DNA of 64,000 nucleotides from Acidobacteriota bacterium (GCA_963664705.1 OY761556.1:3328001-3392000), one strand, 5' to 3'; counted from the first letter of the stretch, positions 30,587 to 42,036 are shown. The notes: generated by a model from the letters alone, not told the origin. Made by a program: numbers and translations.

Positions 30587-31831
30587 TCAAAAATCACGAA
30601 CGTTCCCGATGTATGGCTCGATGAACCGGTGGTGGAAAATCCGGACGACCTCGATCATGCGGGAACGCTCAACCAAAAAGCTGATCCGGAACGACGAGGT
30701 TTGCAGCCCGACCACGGGGATCGCCGCTTCCCGCAACGATACAAGCGAATCGAGCAGATAGTTTTGCCTGTCCGTAATCCCTGTGCCGATCAGAGACACC
30801 GCGGAGCAATTGCGCAGAATTCTGACTTTGGGCTCAAAGATTTTTCGCGTGCGGTCAAGCACGGAGTCAATGTGATAGTTCTCTTTCTCCGGGATAACCA
30901 GGCTTCCGCAAAGATGCCCCTGCGGTCCCGGATGAAAGGATATTTGTTTCGTTCTCAATGCCTCGCTCTCGAAAAAATCCGCAAGCGAGCAGAGAAGCTG
31001 CATTTCATTCCCATTCTCTTCCTCAACCTGCAACAGGACAATTTTCTCCTCATGCGCCACTCCGACGACTCTGGGCTTTACCCGCCCTTCGAGATCCCGA
31101 ATGATTGTTCCGGCACCATCCGGTTCCATTGTGCTCTTTGCATGGATGATCGTCTTTTTTATCTTGGCAAATTCGACGGAGCCCGGGTGCAGCACACGGG
31201 CCCCGGCCTCGCCCATCTCCTGCATTTCCTGATAGGACAGTTCATCCAGGCGCCCGGCTTTTTCTACCAGGCGCGGATCCGCGGAGAAGACACCATCGAC
31301 ATCCGAGTATATTTCGCACACTTCTGCATCAAGAGCGGAGGCCAGCGCAACGGCTGTCACATCCGAACCGCCCCGCCCCAGCGTAGTGATATCCTTGTTG
31401 AAGCTGACGCCTTGAAACCCGCCGACAACCGGGATGCACCCATCGTCCAGGGCGCGAATCACACGCGCGGGCCGGATCTCAATAATTCTGGCATTGGTAT
31501 GATTGTCGTCCGTAATGATTCCCGCTTGCGAGCCGCTCAGGGCCACTGCCCGGCAGCCTGATGCATTCAACGCGATAGACAGCATCGCGGCACTGATGCG
31601 TTCACCGCTGCTCAGGAGCATATCAACCTCTCGGGGAGAGGGGTTTGCCGCGAAAGCCCGAGCCTCGTTGATGAAGGAATCCGTCTGCCGGGCGCGCGCA
31701 GAAACCACAACTACCACACGGTATCCCGCAGACTGCTTCCGCAATACGATTTGGGCGACCTGGCGGATGCAGCTTTCATCGGCCATGGAAGTTCCGCCGA
31801 ATTTCAATACAGCAACAGGATATTGAGCCAC
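30587..31831 (-). CDS. lysC: Aspartate kinase (second paralogue)
   Basis: KFGGTS, VVVVSA, SGE, TTLGRGGSD, SDVDGVFSADPR; GTG start after GGAGG. Confidence 0.92.
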   Translation of the reverse strand: MAQYPVAVLKFGGTSMADESCIRQVAQIVLRKQSAGYRVVVVVSARARQTDSFINEARAFAANPSPREVDMLLSSGERISAAMLSIALNASGCRAVALSGSQAGIITDDNHTNARIIEIRPARVIRALDDGCIPVVGGFQGVSFNKDITTLGRGGSDVTAVALASALDAEVCEIYSDVDGVFSADPRLVEKAGRLDELSYQEMQEMGEAGARVLHPGSVEFAKIKKTIIHAKSTMEPDGAGTIIRDLEGRVKPRVVGVAHEEKIVLLQVEEENGNEMQLLCSLADFFESEALRTKQISFHPGPQGHLCGSLVIPEKENYHIDSVLDRTRKIFEPKVRILRNCSAVSLIGTGITDRQNYLLDSLVSLREAAIPVVGLQTSSFRISFLVERSRMIEVVRIFHHRFIEPYIGNVRDF

Positions 31832-31938
31832 AGATCCTCCATATAGTTTGCCCCATCATAACGCAGCGCTATTGGCGTAGCCAGCCACGCGATATTATAT
31901 TAGTGTTTTCGAGTGAAGAGCGCTCCGAGGACATCATT

Positions 31939-32367
31939 ATGGATAAAAATGTCAGCGCAGTACTGGATATGGCATATGGGTTCGGGCATGCCGTCGACAT
32001 GGGTTTTGAAGCGGCCGTTCAGCAGGCACGGGAGTCGCTGAAATCCGAAGGCTTTGGCGTGCTCTGCGAAATCAACATCAAAGACAAGCTCAAGGAAAAG
32101 CTTGGAGTCGATTTTTCAGACTACATCATCCTGGGTGCCTGCAATCCTCCGCTCGCCTATGGCGCCTTGCAGCAGGAGATCAATATAGGATTGCTTCTTC
32201 CGTGCAATGTCATCGTCTATGAAAAAGAGGGAAAGACATTCGTAGCAGCCGTGGATGCTGCGAAGATGCTCTCGGTTGTGGGGAATGCAGCCCTGGAATC
32301 CACTGCTCAACAAGTAAATGAAAAACTGCGGAAAGTTGTCGATAATATCGGAAGGAAAGGAGCATGA
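31939..32367 (+). CDS. DUF302 domain protein
   Basis: LKSEGFGVL, ILGACNP, IGLLLPCNVIV motifs. Confidence 0.93.
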   Translation: MDKNVSAVLDMAYGFGHAVDMGFEAAVQQARESLKSEGFGVLCEINIKDKLKEKLGVDFSDYIILGACNPPLAYGALQQEINIGLLLPCNVIVYEKEGKTFVAAVDAAKMLSVVGNAALESTAQQVNEKLRKVVDNIGRKGA

Positions 32368-32510
32368 AAATGCCCGGCTGGCTGATTTTTCTCCTGATCT
32401 TTGCAGGATACCTGGCACTGATGAAATGGATTCTACCCGCAGCGGGAATTCGGACCTGAATGTCCGAGTCCTGCAGCGTCGAGTCTCGGCGCGATACCGA
32501 AAAGAAATAA
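32364..32510 (+). CDS. Small membrane protein, candidate selenoprotein (in-frame UGA at 32457-32459)
   Basis: AAGGAG RBS, ATGA overlap with DUF302 stop; MKMPGWLIFLLIFAGYLALMKWILPAAGIRT-UGA-MSESCSVESRRDTEKK-TAA; followed by a terminator. Confidence 0.6.
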
Positions 32511-32525
32511 TGCGACTTGGGTAAG

Positions 32526-32564
32526 AAAAAAGGCTCAGTGATTTTTAGCTCACTGAGCCTTTTT
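32526..32564. terminator. Bidirectional intrinsic terminator
   Basis: AAAAAAGGCTCAGTGA...TCACTGAGCCTTTTT between convergent units. Confidence 0.88.
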
Positions 32565-32585
32565 GTTTTTGAGAATAAGTGCGAA

Positions 32586-32670
32586 TGGTGCCGAAGGGGG
32601 GACTCGAACCCCCACGAGTTTCCTCACCACCCCCTCAAGATGGCGTGTCTGCCAATTCCACCACTTCGGC
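32586..32670 (-). tRNA. tRNA-Leu (anticodon GAG)
   Basis: Minus strand GCCGAAGTGGTGGAATTGGCAGACACGCCATC-TTGAGGG-GGTGG...GGTTCGAGTCCCCCCTTCGGCACCA; long variable arm; encoded CCA; typical secG-tRNA-Leu synteny. Confidence 0.97.
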
Positions 32671-32746
32671 ATTTATACGGAGTCGTCTGAAAACGACCGA
32701 CGTAACTCTACGGGACAGGAACCCGAAAATCTACTGTTTTTTGCTG

Positions 32747-33199
32747 CTATTTTCCAGGTTTCGGCTGGGCTGACGTCGGAGCAGGCTGAGGAGCCGGAGC
32801 CGGCGGCGTCGGCTGCTGTTTCTGCTTCAATTCTTCCAATTTCTGGTTGATCTGTTCCGGAGTCGGAGTTGCGACCGGCGCGCTCTTAGTCGCTTCAGGA
32901 GCAGCCTTTTTCACAGGAGCCGCACTATGCTGCTTAGTCGTCTCCAAAACCGATTTGGACTCCGTTTTGGTCGTAATCAGGGACAGCCCAATACTGGTCA
33001 GCATGAAGACTATGGCTGCGGCTGTGGTCATTTTCGACAAAAAGGAAGCTGGACCGCGGCTGCCGAATGCAGTTTGGGTAGATCCTCCGCCGAAGGCACC
33101 GGCGAGATCCGCGCCCTTTCCAGACTGAAGCAGCACAACCAACACCAGTATGACGCAGACAATAACGTGCAGCGTTGCAATAGCGTAGTAAAGAAGCAT
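32747..33199 (-). CDS. secG: Preprotein translocase subunit SecG
   Basis: VLLQSGKGADLAGAFGGGS, FLSKMT; Pro/Ala-rich tail. Confidence 0.95.
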   Translation of the reverse strand: MLLYYAIATLHVIVCVILVLVVLLQSGKGADLAGAFGGGSTQTAFGSRGPASFLSKMTTAAAIVFMLTSIGLSLITTKTESKSVLETTKQHSAAPVKKAAPEATKSAPVATPTPEQINQKLEELKQKQQPTPPAPAPQPAPTSAQPKPGK

Positions 33200-33229
33200 A
33201 TAAGTTTGGAACCTACTTTCCGCCGGCCT

Positions 33230-33994
33230 TCAGGATTTGAAATGAATTATGCGCAGGAAGCTTTCGGCTTCCAGGCACGCTCCACCAACCAGTGCGCCGT
33301 CGATATCCGGCTGCCGCATCAACGCGTCAATATTGTCCGGTTTGACGCTGCCGCCATATAAAATGCGAACTTCCTGCGCTGCATCCCCATAGTTTTCGGA
33401 AAGCCAGTCGCGAATCATTCCGTGCATTTCCTGGGCTATTTCGGGGGATGCCGTCCGACCGGTACCAATTGCCCACACCGGTTCGTAGGCGAGAATAATA
33501 CGCAAGAGACCCCCATGTGTCAAGCCATCCAGTCCGCCTGCAAGTTGTTTCGCCACTACAGTATGATGCTTTCCGGATTCTCGTTCGGCTAAAGTCTCCC
33601 CAATGCAGACGATAGGCTGCAGGGTGGAATCGAGCACAGCGCGCACCCTGCGGTTCACGGTTGCATCGGTTTCCCCAAAATATTGTCGCCGCTCTGAATG
33701 CCCGATAACAACCATCCCACAGCCTGAATCCTCCAGCATGGGAAGGCTGATCTCGCCGGTAAACGCACCCTTGGATTCCCAATGTACATTCTGGCCGGCA
33801 AGAACAATCGGGCTCCCCTCGATGGCTTCGCGAACCGCGGCCAGCGCGGTAAACGGCGGGGCCATCACTACCTGACAGGCCGTCCCCTGCCCGACTCCAT
33901 CCCTAATTGCGCGCGCAAGGGCCCGAGCATCGCCAATTGTCTTGTGCATCTTCCAGTTTCCGGCGATCACTGGAGTTCTCTTCGTGTTGCTCAA
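33230..33994 (-). CDS. tpiA: Triosephosphate isomerase
   Basis: AGNWKM, GHSERR, AYEPVWAIGTG, YGGSVK, LVGGA; TTG start inferred. Confidence 0.97.
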   Translation of the reverse strand: MSNTKRTPVIAGNWKMHKTIGDARALARAIRDGVGQGTACQVVMAPPFTALAAVREAIEGSPIVLAGQNVHWESKGAFTGEISLPMLEDSGCGMVVIGHSERRQYFGETDATVNRRVRAVLDSTLQPIVCIGETLAERESGKHHTVVAKQLAGGLDGLTHGGLLRIILAYEPVWAIGTGRTASPEIAQEMHGMIRDWLSENYGDAAQEVRILYGGSVKPDNIDALMRQPDIDGALVGGACLEAESFLRIIHFKS

Positions 33995-34067
33995 TTTTTG
34001 GCCATCCTTTGTTACGGATGCCGAGGCGGGTGAAATCCTGCACCGGCATCCCATTTCCTGCATTGCC

Positions 34068-35243
34068 CTATTTTTCCGTAAGCGCGGCCACACCCGGCAG
34101 AACTTGTCCGGCCAGGAATTCCAGAGATGCTCCGCCTCCGGTTGAGATATGTGTAATGCGATCGGCAAGGCCCGCCTTGGCTACCGCGGCAGCAGAATCC
34201 CCGCCACCGATGATGGATACAGCGTGGGAATCGGCCACCGCCTTGGCGACACCGATGGTCCCTGAAGCGAAAGCATCCTTTTCAAATACCCCCATCGGAC
34301 CGTTCCAGACGATTGTTTTTGCCGCGCGAATGACTGCGGAATAGTCCGCCACCGTTCTGGGGCCGATGTCCAATCCCATTTGCCCCTCAGGAATCTCTCC
34401 GGAAGGAACCACATGCGCCGATTGTTCATCCTCAATCCCCGTGGATGCTACGGCATCCGACGGCAGTGACATATGGGATTGACTTCGGGCAAGCAAGTCG
34501 CGCGCAAGGCCGAGCTTATCCTCTTCGCACAGTGACTTGCCGATGCTTTTCCCCTGCCCCCTCAGGAACGTGAACATCATCGCTCCGCCAATCAGCAGCT
34601 GATCCACCTTCCCCAGCAGATTTTCGATGACCTCAATCTTGTCGGAAATCTTGGCTCCGCCGAGTATGGCTACAAACGGCCGCTGCGGCGCTTCCAGGGC
34701 GCCGCCCAGATAGCGCAGCTCCTTTTCCATCAGGAAGCCCGCCGCGGACTGCTTCACAAAACGCGTAATGCCTTCGGTGGATGCATGCGCCCGGTGCGCG
34801 CTCCCAAATGCGTCATTCACATAAATGGGAGTCAAGGCAGCCAACTGCCTGGCAAACCCGGGATCATTCGCCTCTTCCTCCGCATGGAATCGGAGGTTTT
34901 CAAGAAGAACGACATCCCCGGGTTGGGCTGCCGCAATAACGCTCTCGGCTTCCGGCCCAATACAGTCTTTTGCAAATTGGACTTTCTTGCCCAATAACGC
35001 TGATAATCGTTCGGCCACGGGGGCCAGGGAATACTCCGGTTTCGGCTTGCCTTTGGGCCGGCCCAGGTGCGAAGCCAAAACCAGAACAGCTCCTTGCTCG
35101 ATGCCGTATCGGATAGTCGGAAGCGCTTCTCGAATCCGCAGGTCATCGGTTACCTTCGAGTCTTTGATCGGGACGTTGAAGTCCACTCGTACAAAAACCC
35201 GTTTCCCCTGCAAATCCAAATCCTGAATCGTCAGTTTTGCCAT
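34068..35243 (-). CDS. pgk: Phosphoglycerate kinase
   Basis: [31 protein letters not shown]. Confidence 0.98.
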   Translation of the reverse strand: MAKLTIQDLDLQGKRVFVRVDFNVPIKDSKVTDDLRIREALPTIRYGIEQGAVLVLASHLGRPKGKPKPEYSLAPVAERLSALLGKKVQFAKDCIGPEAESVIAAAQPGDVVLLENLRFHAEEEANDPGFARQLAALTPIYVNDAFGSAHRAHASTEGITRFVKQSAAGFLMEKELRYLGGALEAPQRPFVAILGGAKISDKIEVIENLLGKVDQLLIGGAMMFTFLRGQGKSIGKSLCEEDKLGLARDLLARSQSHMSLPSDAVASTGIEDEQSAHVVPSGEIPEGQMGLDIGPRTVADYSAVIRAAKTIVWNGPMGVFEKDAFASGTIGVAKAVADSHAVSIIGGGDSAAAVAKAGLADRITHISTGGGASLEFLAGQVLPGVAALTEK

Positions 35244-35257
35244 CGGTTATCCCTCGC

Positions 35258-36256
35258 TTACTTTTCGCCGACAATCTTTACGATATCGCGCAGCCTGCAG
35301 GAATAACCCCATTCGTTGTCATACCACGCCAGGGTCTTGACGAGGTTGCCGTTGACCTTTGTCTCCATCGCATCCACGGTGCCCGAAACCGAGCTCTGCA
35401 TGTAGTCGCTCGAAACCAGCGGCTCCTCGGAATATCCAAGAATGCCTTTCAATGCGCCTTCGGACGCTTCCTTCAAGGCTTTATTGACGTCTTCCACAGT
35501 AACCTTTGCTTTAACGACGGTGACCAGGTCCACAAGCGAGACATTCGGAGTAGGAACGCGGATTGCAAGTCCATCCAGCTTTCCCTTCAGCCTCGGCAGC
35601 ACCAGTCCAATAGCCTTTGCGGCTCCGGTGGTACTCGGAACCATATTGATTGCGGCCGCACGGGCACGGCGAAGATCCTTATGAGGCAGGTCCAGAAGAT
35701 TCTGATCATTCGTGTAGCTGTGAATCGTCGTCATGAAACCCGATTCGATCTCGAATTTTTCATCAAGCACTTTGGCCAGAGGAGCCAGACAGTTGGTTGT
35801 GCAGGATGCATTTGAAATGACGTGGTGTTTCGCGGGATCGTAATCGTTCATGTTGACACCGACGCAGAAGGTCCCATCCACGTTTTTGCCCGGCGCCGAA
35901 ATCACCACTTTCTTTACGGTACCCTGTAAATGAGCCTTGGCCTTTTCCCCTTCCGTAAACAGTCCGGTCGATTCGACAACAACCTGAGCGCCCAGTGAAC
36001 TCCAATCCAGCTTTGCCGGATCCTTTTCACTGAAAATTCTGATCTCCTTGCCATTCACCAGGAGATTTCCGGCTTTGAGTTCCACCGTCCCATCAAATCG
36101 TCCCAAAACGGAGTCATATTTCAGCAGGTGGGCCAGAACCTCCGGCTTGGTAATATCATTAATGCCGACGATCTCGAGCTTTGGATCGTTCATGGAGCAT
36201 CGGACGAAATTCCTGCCGATCCTACCGAATCCGTTAATGGCGACTTTGATTGTCAT
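35258..36256 (-). CDS. gap: Type I glyceraldehyde-3-phosphate dehydrogenase
   Basis: NGFGRIGR, SNASCTTNCLAP, WYDNEWGYS. Confidence 0.98.
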   Translation of the reverse strand: MTIKVAINGFGRIGRNFVRCSMNDPKLEIVGINDITKPEVLAHLLKYDSVLGRFDGTVELKAGNLLVNGKEIRIFSEKDPAKLDWSSLGAQVVVESTGLFTEGEKAKAHLQGTVKKVVISAPGKNVDGTFCVGVNMNDYDPAKHHVISNASCTTNCLAPLAKVLDEKFEIESGFMTTIHSYTNDQNLLDLPHKDLRRARAAAINMVPSTTGAAKAIGLVLPRLKGKLDGLAIRVPTPNVSLVDLVTVVKAKVTVEDVNKALKEASEGALKGILGYSEEPLVSSDYMQSSVSGTVDAMETKVNGNLVKTLAWYDNEWGYSCRLRDIVKIVGEK

Positions 36257-36447
36257 GATGTGTGTTCCTCCATTTTATGGTCTTAAAAAAATTCCCGTTA
36301 CAACCTTCATTCGCGATAAGCCAGGCTGGAGAAGGTAAGAGAAAATAGCCCCGGGCGTGAATCCATCTCGGGCTCAACGCCCGGGGCTATTCTCTATTGC
36401 CTTTTCGGCAGATCAGGCCCAAACAAATAGTTCACAGCAGAAGCTAA

Positions 36448-36476
36448 ATCTTACGCCTTATTGGGGGTACTGCCAA
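36448..36476 (-). promoter_or_regulatory. Sigma70-type promoter candidate for the gap operon
   Basis: Minus strand TTGGCA-N17-TAAGAT. Confidence 0.5.
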
Positions 36477-36654
36477 AAGATTCTAGGGGGGAAATAGTGT
36501 TTGTTCCTCCACGCATACTCATCTGTACCTTTCAGTATACGTGGAGGATGAGGCCGACAGCAAGATGGCGCTCAAGCAGCATGCCTGTCTCAAAGACTCG
36601 AAAAGCCTGAATGCGAACGCGAAACAACGAACGGCTTACGGTATACTGCGAGCC

Positions 36655-37890
36655 ATGACGCACACGATTGATTCCACGCTGTCGCGAGCCCGGTCTATTG
36701 CCTCGCAATTCGATCTTCCGGATCCTATTGAAATCCAGGACTTCCCGGAAAAAGGCAACATCAATCAAAACACCTACCTCGTCACAGCCGGCCGGCAAAA
36801 ATCGGAATATCTCCTCCAGATGCTGAATCCCGATGTTTTCACCCAGCCCCACACGGTCATGAAAGGGATGGCTGCATGTATCCAGGCTCAGCGGGCGGCA
36901 CAAAAGGCAGGAGTACTCGGAGATGCCGAATGGGAGACAATTCGCCTCATTCAGACCAGGGATGGGAAAGACTTCCTGGACGTCAGCGGTGTCGGCGGCA
37001 GTGAATGCTGGCGCATGATGACCAGGATTCTTCAGGCACGCACCTACAAGAATCTACATCAGATTCCGGATGCACATGCGCGTCTGCAGATAGCAGAAGA
37101 GGCAGGGCGCGGACTTGCCCTCTTTGGAAACCTGACGGCAAACATGGATATCTCCGAGGTTGAGATTCCGCTGCCCGGTTACAGGAATACGGAACTATAC
37201 TATAACCAGTTGTTGTCCGTCCTGGCTGAGTGCCGCACGCATCAGGAAGCCGAACCCTACCTTCCCTCGGATCCGCTGCTTCGCGCGAGCACACAACATC
37301 ACTTCCTGGTCCACATTGACTCCGCGGAATATCATCGACGGCAAAATGATTCCGATCTGCGCGCATGCATCGACCTGGCACTCGAGCAACAATCATTTGG
37401 ACTGACATTGGCCCATAAACTGAAATCAGGTGAATTGAAGCAGGTTGTGGTTCACGGGGACACCAAGCTCGATAATTTTCTTTTCAGCATGCAGACAGGG
37501 AAGGTCAAATCCCTTGTTGATCTGGATACGATTATGCCGCACACCTGGCTGAGCGATTGGGGCGACATGGTGCGGTCGCTCGTGAATGTGGCCGGGGAAA
37601 GAGAGCCGGATCTGGAAAAGATATCCGTAGAGCGACCCATTCTGGAAGCGCTTGCCAAAGGGTTCCTACAATCAACAAAGATCAGCAGGCCGCGCGAGCT
37701 TCAGCTTATGGGGGATGCTCCCCGAGTGATGGCTCTTGAGTTGGGCGTACGATTTCTGGCCGATTACCTTCGGGGAGACACCTATTTTGCGTTAAGAGAG
37801 GGGGAGCCAAGAGATCTGAACAAGATACGGGCAAGAGTTCAGTTTCGACTCTTCGAACGCATGCTCGACCACACCGACCTGTTCCGTTAG
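36655..37890 (+). CDS. Aminoglycoside phosphotransferase-fold kinase (N-acetylhexosamine 1-kinase-like)
   Basis: GNINQNTY, HGDTKLDNFLF, LVDLDTIM, DWGDMVRS, ELGVRFLADYLRGDTYF. Confidence 0.82.
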   Translation: MTHTIDSTLSRARSIASQFDLPDPIEIQDFPEKGNINQNTYLVTAGRQKSEYLLQMLNPDVFTQPHTVMKGMAACIQAQRAAQKAGVLGDAEWETIRLIQTRDGKDFLDVSGVGGSECWRMMTRILQARTYKNLHQIPDAHARLQIAEEAGRGLALFGNLTANMDISEVEIPLPGYRNTELYYNQLLSVLAECRTHQEAEPYLPSDPLLRASTQHHFLVHIDSAEYHRRQNDSDLRACIDLALEQQSFGLTLAHKLKSGELKQVVVHGDTKLDNFLFSMQTGKVKSLVDLDTIMPHTWLSDWGDMVRSLVNVAGEREPDLEKISVERPILEALAKGFLQSTKISRPRELQLMGDAPRVMALELGVRFLADYLRGDTYFALREGEPRDLNKIRARVQFRLFERMLDHTDLFR

Positions 37891-37892
37891 GC

Positions 37893-37944
37893 TCGTGGAA
37901 TTCGCGGCCAATTTGAATCGCTTTTCTGGCCACGAATTCCACGA
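37893..37944. repeat. REP-like palindrome / terminator between convergent genes
   Basis: TCGTGGAATTCGCGGCCA...TGGCCACGAATTCCACGA. Confidence 0.65.
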
Positions 37945-37970
37945 AATTTCAAAGTGCAGGCTACCGCAGA

Positions 37971-39602
<1,632 letters not shown>

Positions 39603-39789
39603 CTAATTTAGAAGGAGCTATTTAATACCTGTGAGTGGCTGTGTCAAGCCTTCAGGAATATATCCGCGAATTTGTGGCACACGACGCTCCGAACCGGGTA
39701 ATACCATCCCGCGCCGCTTTTTTTTGATCCTTTTTGATGAAAAGGTGTACAAACTAAGGGCTGCGAATATGCCGGTTCTATCTCAGGAG

Positions 39790-42036
39790 ATGCTTGTGCG
39801 TTTTTTATTCAGGACTGCCAATTGCCGACTGCCGATTTTCCTGGCCATTATTGCAGCCGTTTTCATCCCACCATCGCCGGTCAAGGCGGCTCAAGTTCAG
39901 GATCCGAAATTGCAGGATCAGGTACGCACACTCATCCCATATAGAGATGGAACCGTCACGCTAACCTCGGATTTCCAGGACAGCATCGCAAAAACGCGAT
40001 ACCAGGCAAGAGGGCATGTTGAGATTTCCTTCCAGGACTTTATGGTTTCGGGAGATGAGGCCCAGTATGATGCGGATTCGCGGCAAGGTTCAATCACGGG
40101 CAAGGTCCGGTTTAGCCAGAAGGAGCAATGGCTGACCTGTTCCCGGGCAGAATTCAATTTCACAACGCGAACAGGAGTCTTTTACAATGCATCCGGGTAC
40201 ACCGATCGACAGTTCTCGATTTCCGGGCGAACAATTCTGAAGACCGGCGATGACACCTATAGAATTGAGGACGGCCTCGTTACCGCCTGTCTCGAAAAGA
40301 AACCCAAATGGAGCTTTGGCGCTGCACGCACAAACGTGCGCGTGGATCACACAGCCAGCCTGCACAATACAACCTTCAGGATAAAGGGCATCCCGGTTTT
40401 TTATTTTCCTTACATGGTCATGCCTCTGGAAAAGAAGGAGCGCAACAGTGGCTTCGTTCCCTTTCACACAGGCAACTCGACTTCCAAGGGAAGGCTGATC
40501 AGCGAGGGCTGGTATCAGACACTCGGAAGAAGCGCCGACATGCTGATCTATGGCGACTATTTCACGCTGAGGGGACTTGCCGTGGGTGGGTTCTTTCGCG
40601 CCAGGCCAAACCCGGAAACGAGATTTAGCCTGCAGGCTTATGGCATCCGGGACAAGCTGGATCAGGGCGGCGTGCAATTATCGGTCGACGGCGAATCCCA
40701 ATTGAAAGACGACTGGCGTGCAGTCGCCAAGATCAACATCACATCCAACTTCAGGTTTCGACAGGCTTTTGCGGAGGATTTCAGGTCCGCAACCGTTCCC
40801 CTGGAAAAGGCAACCGCCTTCCTCACCAGGAATCATGGCAGCCTGAGCACCAATATCGCATTTGAACGCCAGGAGGTTTTATTCCCCGAGCATTCAATGA
40901 TCGTGAGAAAACTTCCTTCCCTGGAATTCAGCTCGCTGGGAGCGTCCCTGGGACGGTCGCCGTTTACCCTAAGCTTCAGGACTTCGCTGGACGGAATATA
41001 CCGCGTGGACAACACGCTGCAGACGCCACAATTGGTTCAGCGCCTTGATTTTTTTCCGAGCTTGTCGGTCCGCCTTCCCTCGTTTTTGGGTTTTTCGCTC
41101 ATTCCAACCATGAGCTTGCGGGAAACATACTACGGGGCGCGGCTGTCAGATGATTCCCCTTCCGGGGTAGCAAACGAGGGTTTGCACAGACGTTATGCCG
41201 AGCTGGGTGTCGAGTTGCGAACGCCTGTCATCGAAGGGAGTTTCTCCGCACCCTGGTTCGGTGAAATGCAGCATGACGTCGAGCCCTACGCCCGCTACAG
41301 GCGGATAACCGGAATCGACAATTTTGACAAGATCATTCGGTTTGATGAACAGGATGCCATTGCCAACACGAATGAAATCGAGGTGGGAGTCATAAACCGC
41401 TTTTCAAGGAATCGGGCTGCAGCCGACGGTCACCGCGAGAATCACGAATTCATGGCCTTTGGATTGATTCAGAAATTTTACTTTGACCCCACATTTGGAG
41501 GCGCATTCCGCGAAGGTCGCGTCAACGCGTTCTACCCCCTGGACACAGTCACGGGCTTTTACCAGACGGAGACATCGAGCTCACGATCACCCCTCAGCGC
41601 CGTATTTCAACTGTCGCCGCGCAACGGAATTCACAATGATGTCCGCGTGGACTACGATACCAGGCTTCAGCGTTGGCGAAATGAAATCCTTTCCATTTCC
41701 TGGTCACAAAAAGATTTTTCTCTCTCGGGCTCCTATTTCCGGACAAATATCCAGGAGGGAGGCGTGAATGCGAGCAATCATGTAACCGGACAGATTGGAT
41801 ATGGCGCGGCATCCCACGGCCTCTCCTCCAGCCTCACCGTCAGCTACAATCTGAAGACGGGGCAGCTCCTGAATAGCAACACGCGAGTAAATTACATGTG
41901 GAACTGCTGCGGCGTTGCCCTCGAATTCAATCAATATGATCTGGGCCTCCGGACAGAGTCCCGGATCAGTTTTTCCTTCACTCTAAAGGGGATTGGCAGT
42001 TTCGGAAACCTGAAACGCCCCGAGAGCATTTTCTGA
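39790..42036 (+). CDS. lptD: LPS-assembly protein LptD
   Basis: N-terminal OstA-like region, ERNSGF motif, beta-barrel-like C-terminus ending WNCCG...FSFTLKGIG; start uncertain (39769-39796). Confidence 0.85.
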   Translation: MLVRFLFRTANCRLPIFLAIIAAVFIPPSPVKAAQVQDPKLQDQVRTLIPYRDGTVTLTSDFQDSIAKTRYQARGHVEISFQDFMVSGDEAQYDADSRQGSITGKVRFSQKEQWLTCSRAEFNFTTRTGVFYNASGYTDRQFSISGRTILKTGDDTYRIEDGLVTACLEKKPKWSFGAARTNVRVDHTASLHNTTFRIKGIPVFYFPYMVMPLEKKERNSGFVPFHTGNSTSKGRLISEGWYQTLGRSADMLIYGDYFTLRGLAVGGFFRARPNPETRFSLQAYGIRDKLDQGGVQLSVDGESQLKDDWRAVAKINITSNFRFRQAFAEDFRSATVPLEKATAFLTRNHGSLSTNIAFERQEVLFPEHSMIVRKLPSLEFSSLGASLGRSPFTLSFRTSLDGIYRVDNTLQTPQLVQRLDFFPSLSVRLPSFLGFSLIPTMSLRETYYGARLSDDSPSGVANEGLHRRYAELGVELRTPVIEGSFSAPWFGEMQHDVEPYARYRRITGIDNFDKIIRFDEQDAIANTNEIEVGVINRFSRNRAAADGHRENHEFMAFGLIQKFYFDPTFGGAFREGRVNAFYPLDTVTGFYQTETSSSRSPLSAVFQLSPRNGIHNDVRVDYDTRLQRWRNEILSISWSQKDFSLSGSYFRTNIQEGGVNASNHVTGQIGYGAASHGLSSSLTVSYNLKTGQLLNSNTRVNYMWNCCGVALEFNQYDLGLRTESRISFSFTLKGIGSFGNLKRPESIF

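Noticed and set aside
30383-31561. 392-aa plus-strand ORF
   Set aside because: Antisense shadow of the aspartate kinase gene
32586-32670. tRNA-Leu as an integration site for a genomic island
   Set aside because: No integrase nearby and no duplicated tRNA 3' end seen in the window
32563-32850. Plus-strand ORFs 32563-32850 and 32579-32773
   Set aside because: They are antisense translations of tRNA-Leu and the secG end
33995-34168. N-terminal extension of TpiA
   Set aside because: It overlaps the pgk 3' end; conserved TpiA sequence begins near RTPVIAGNWK
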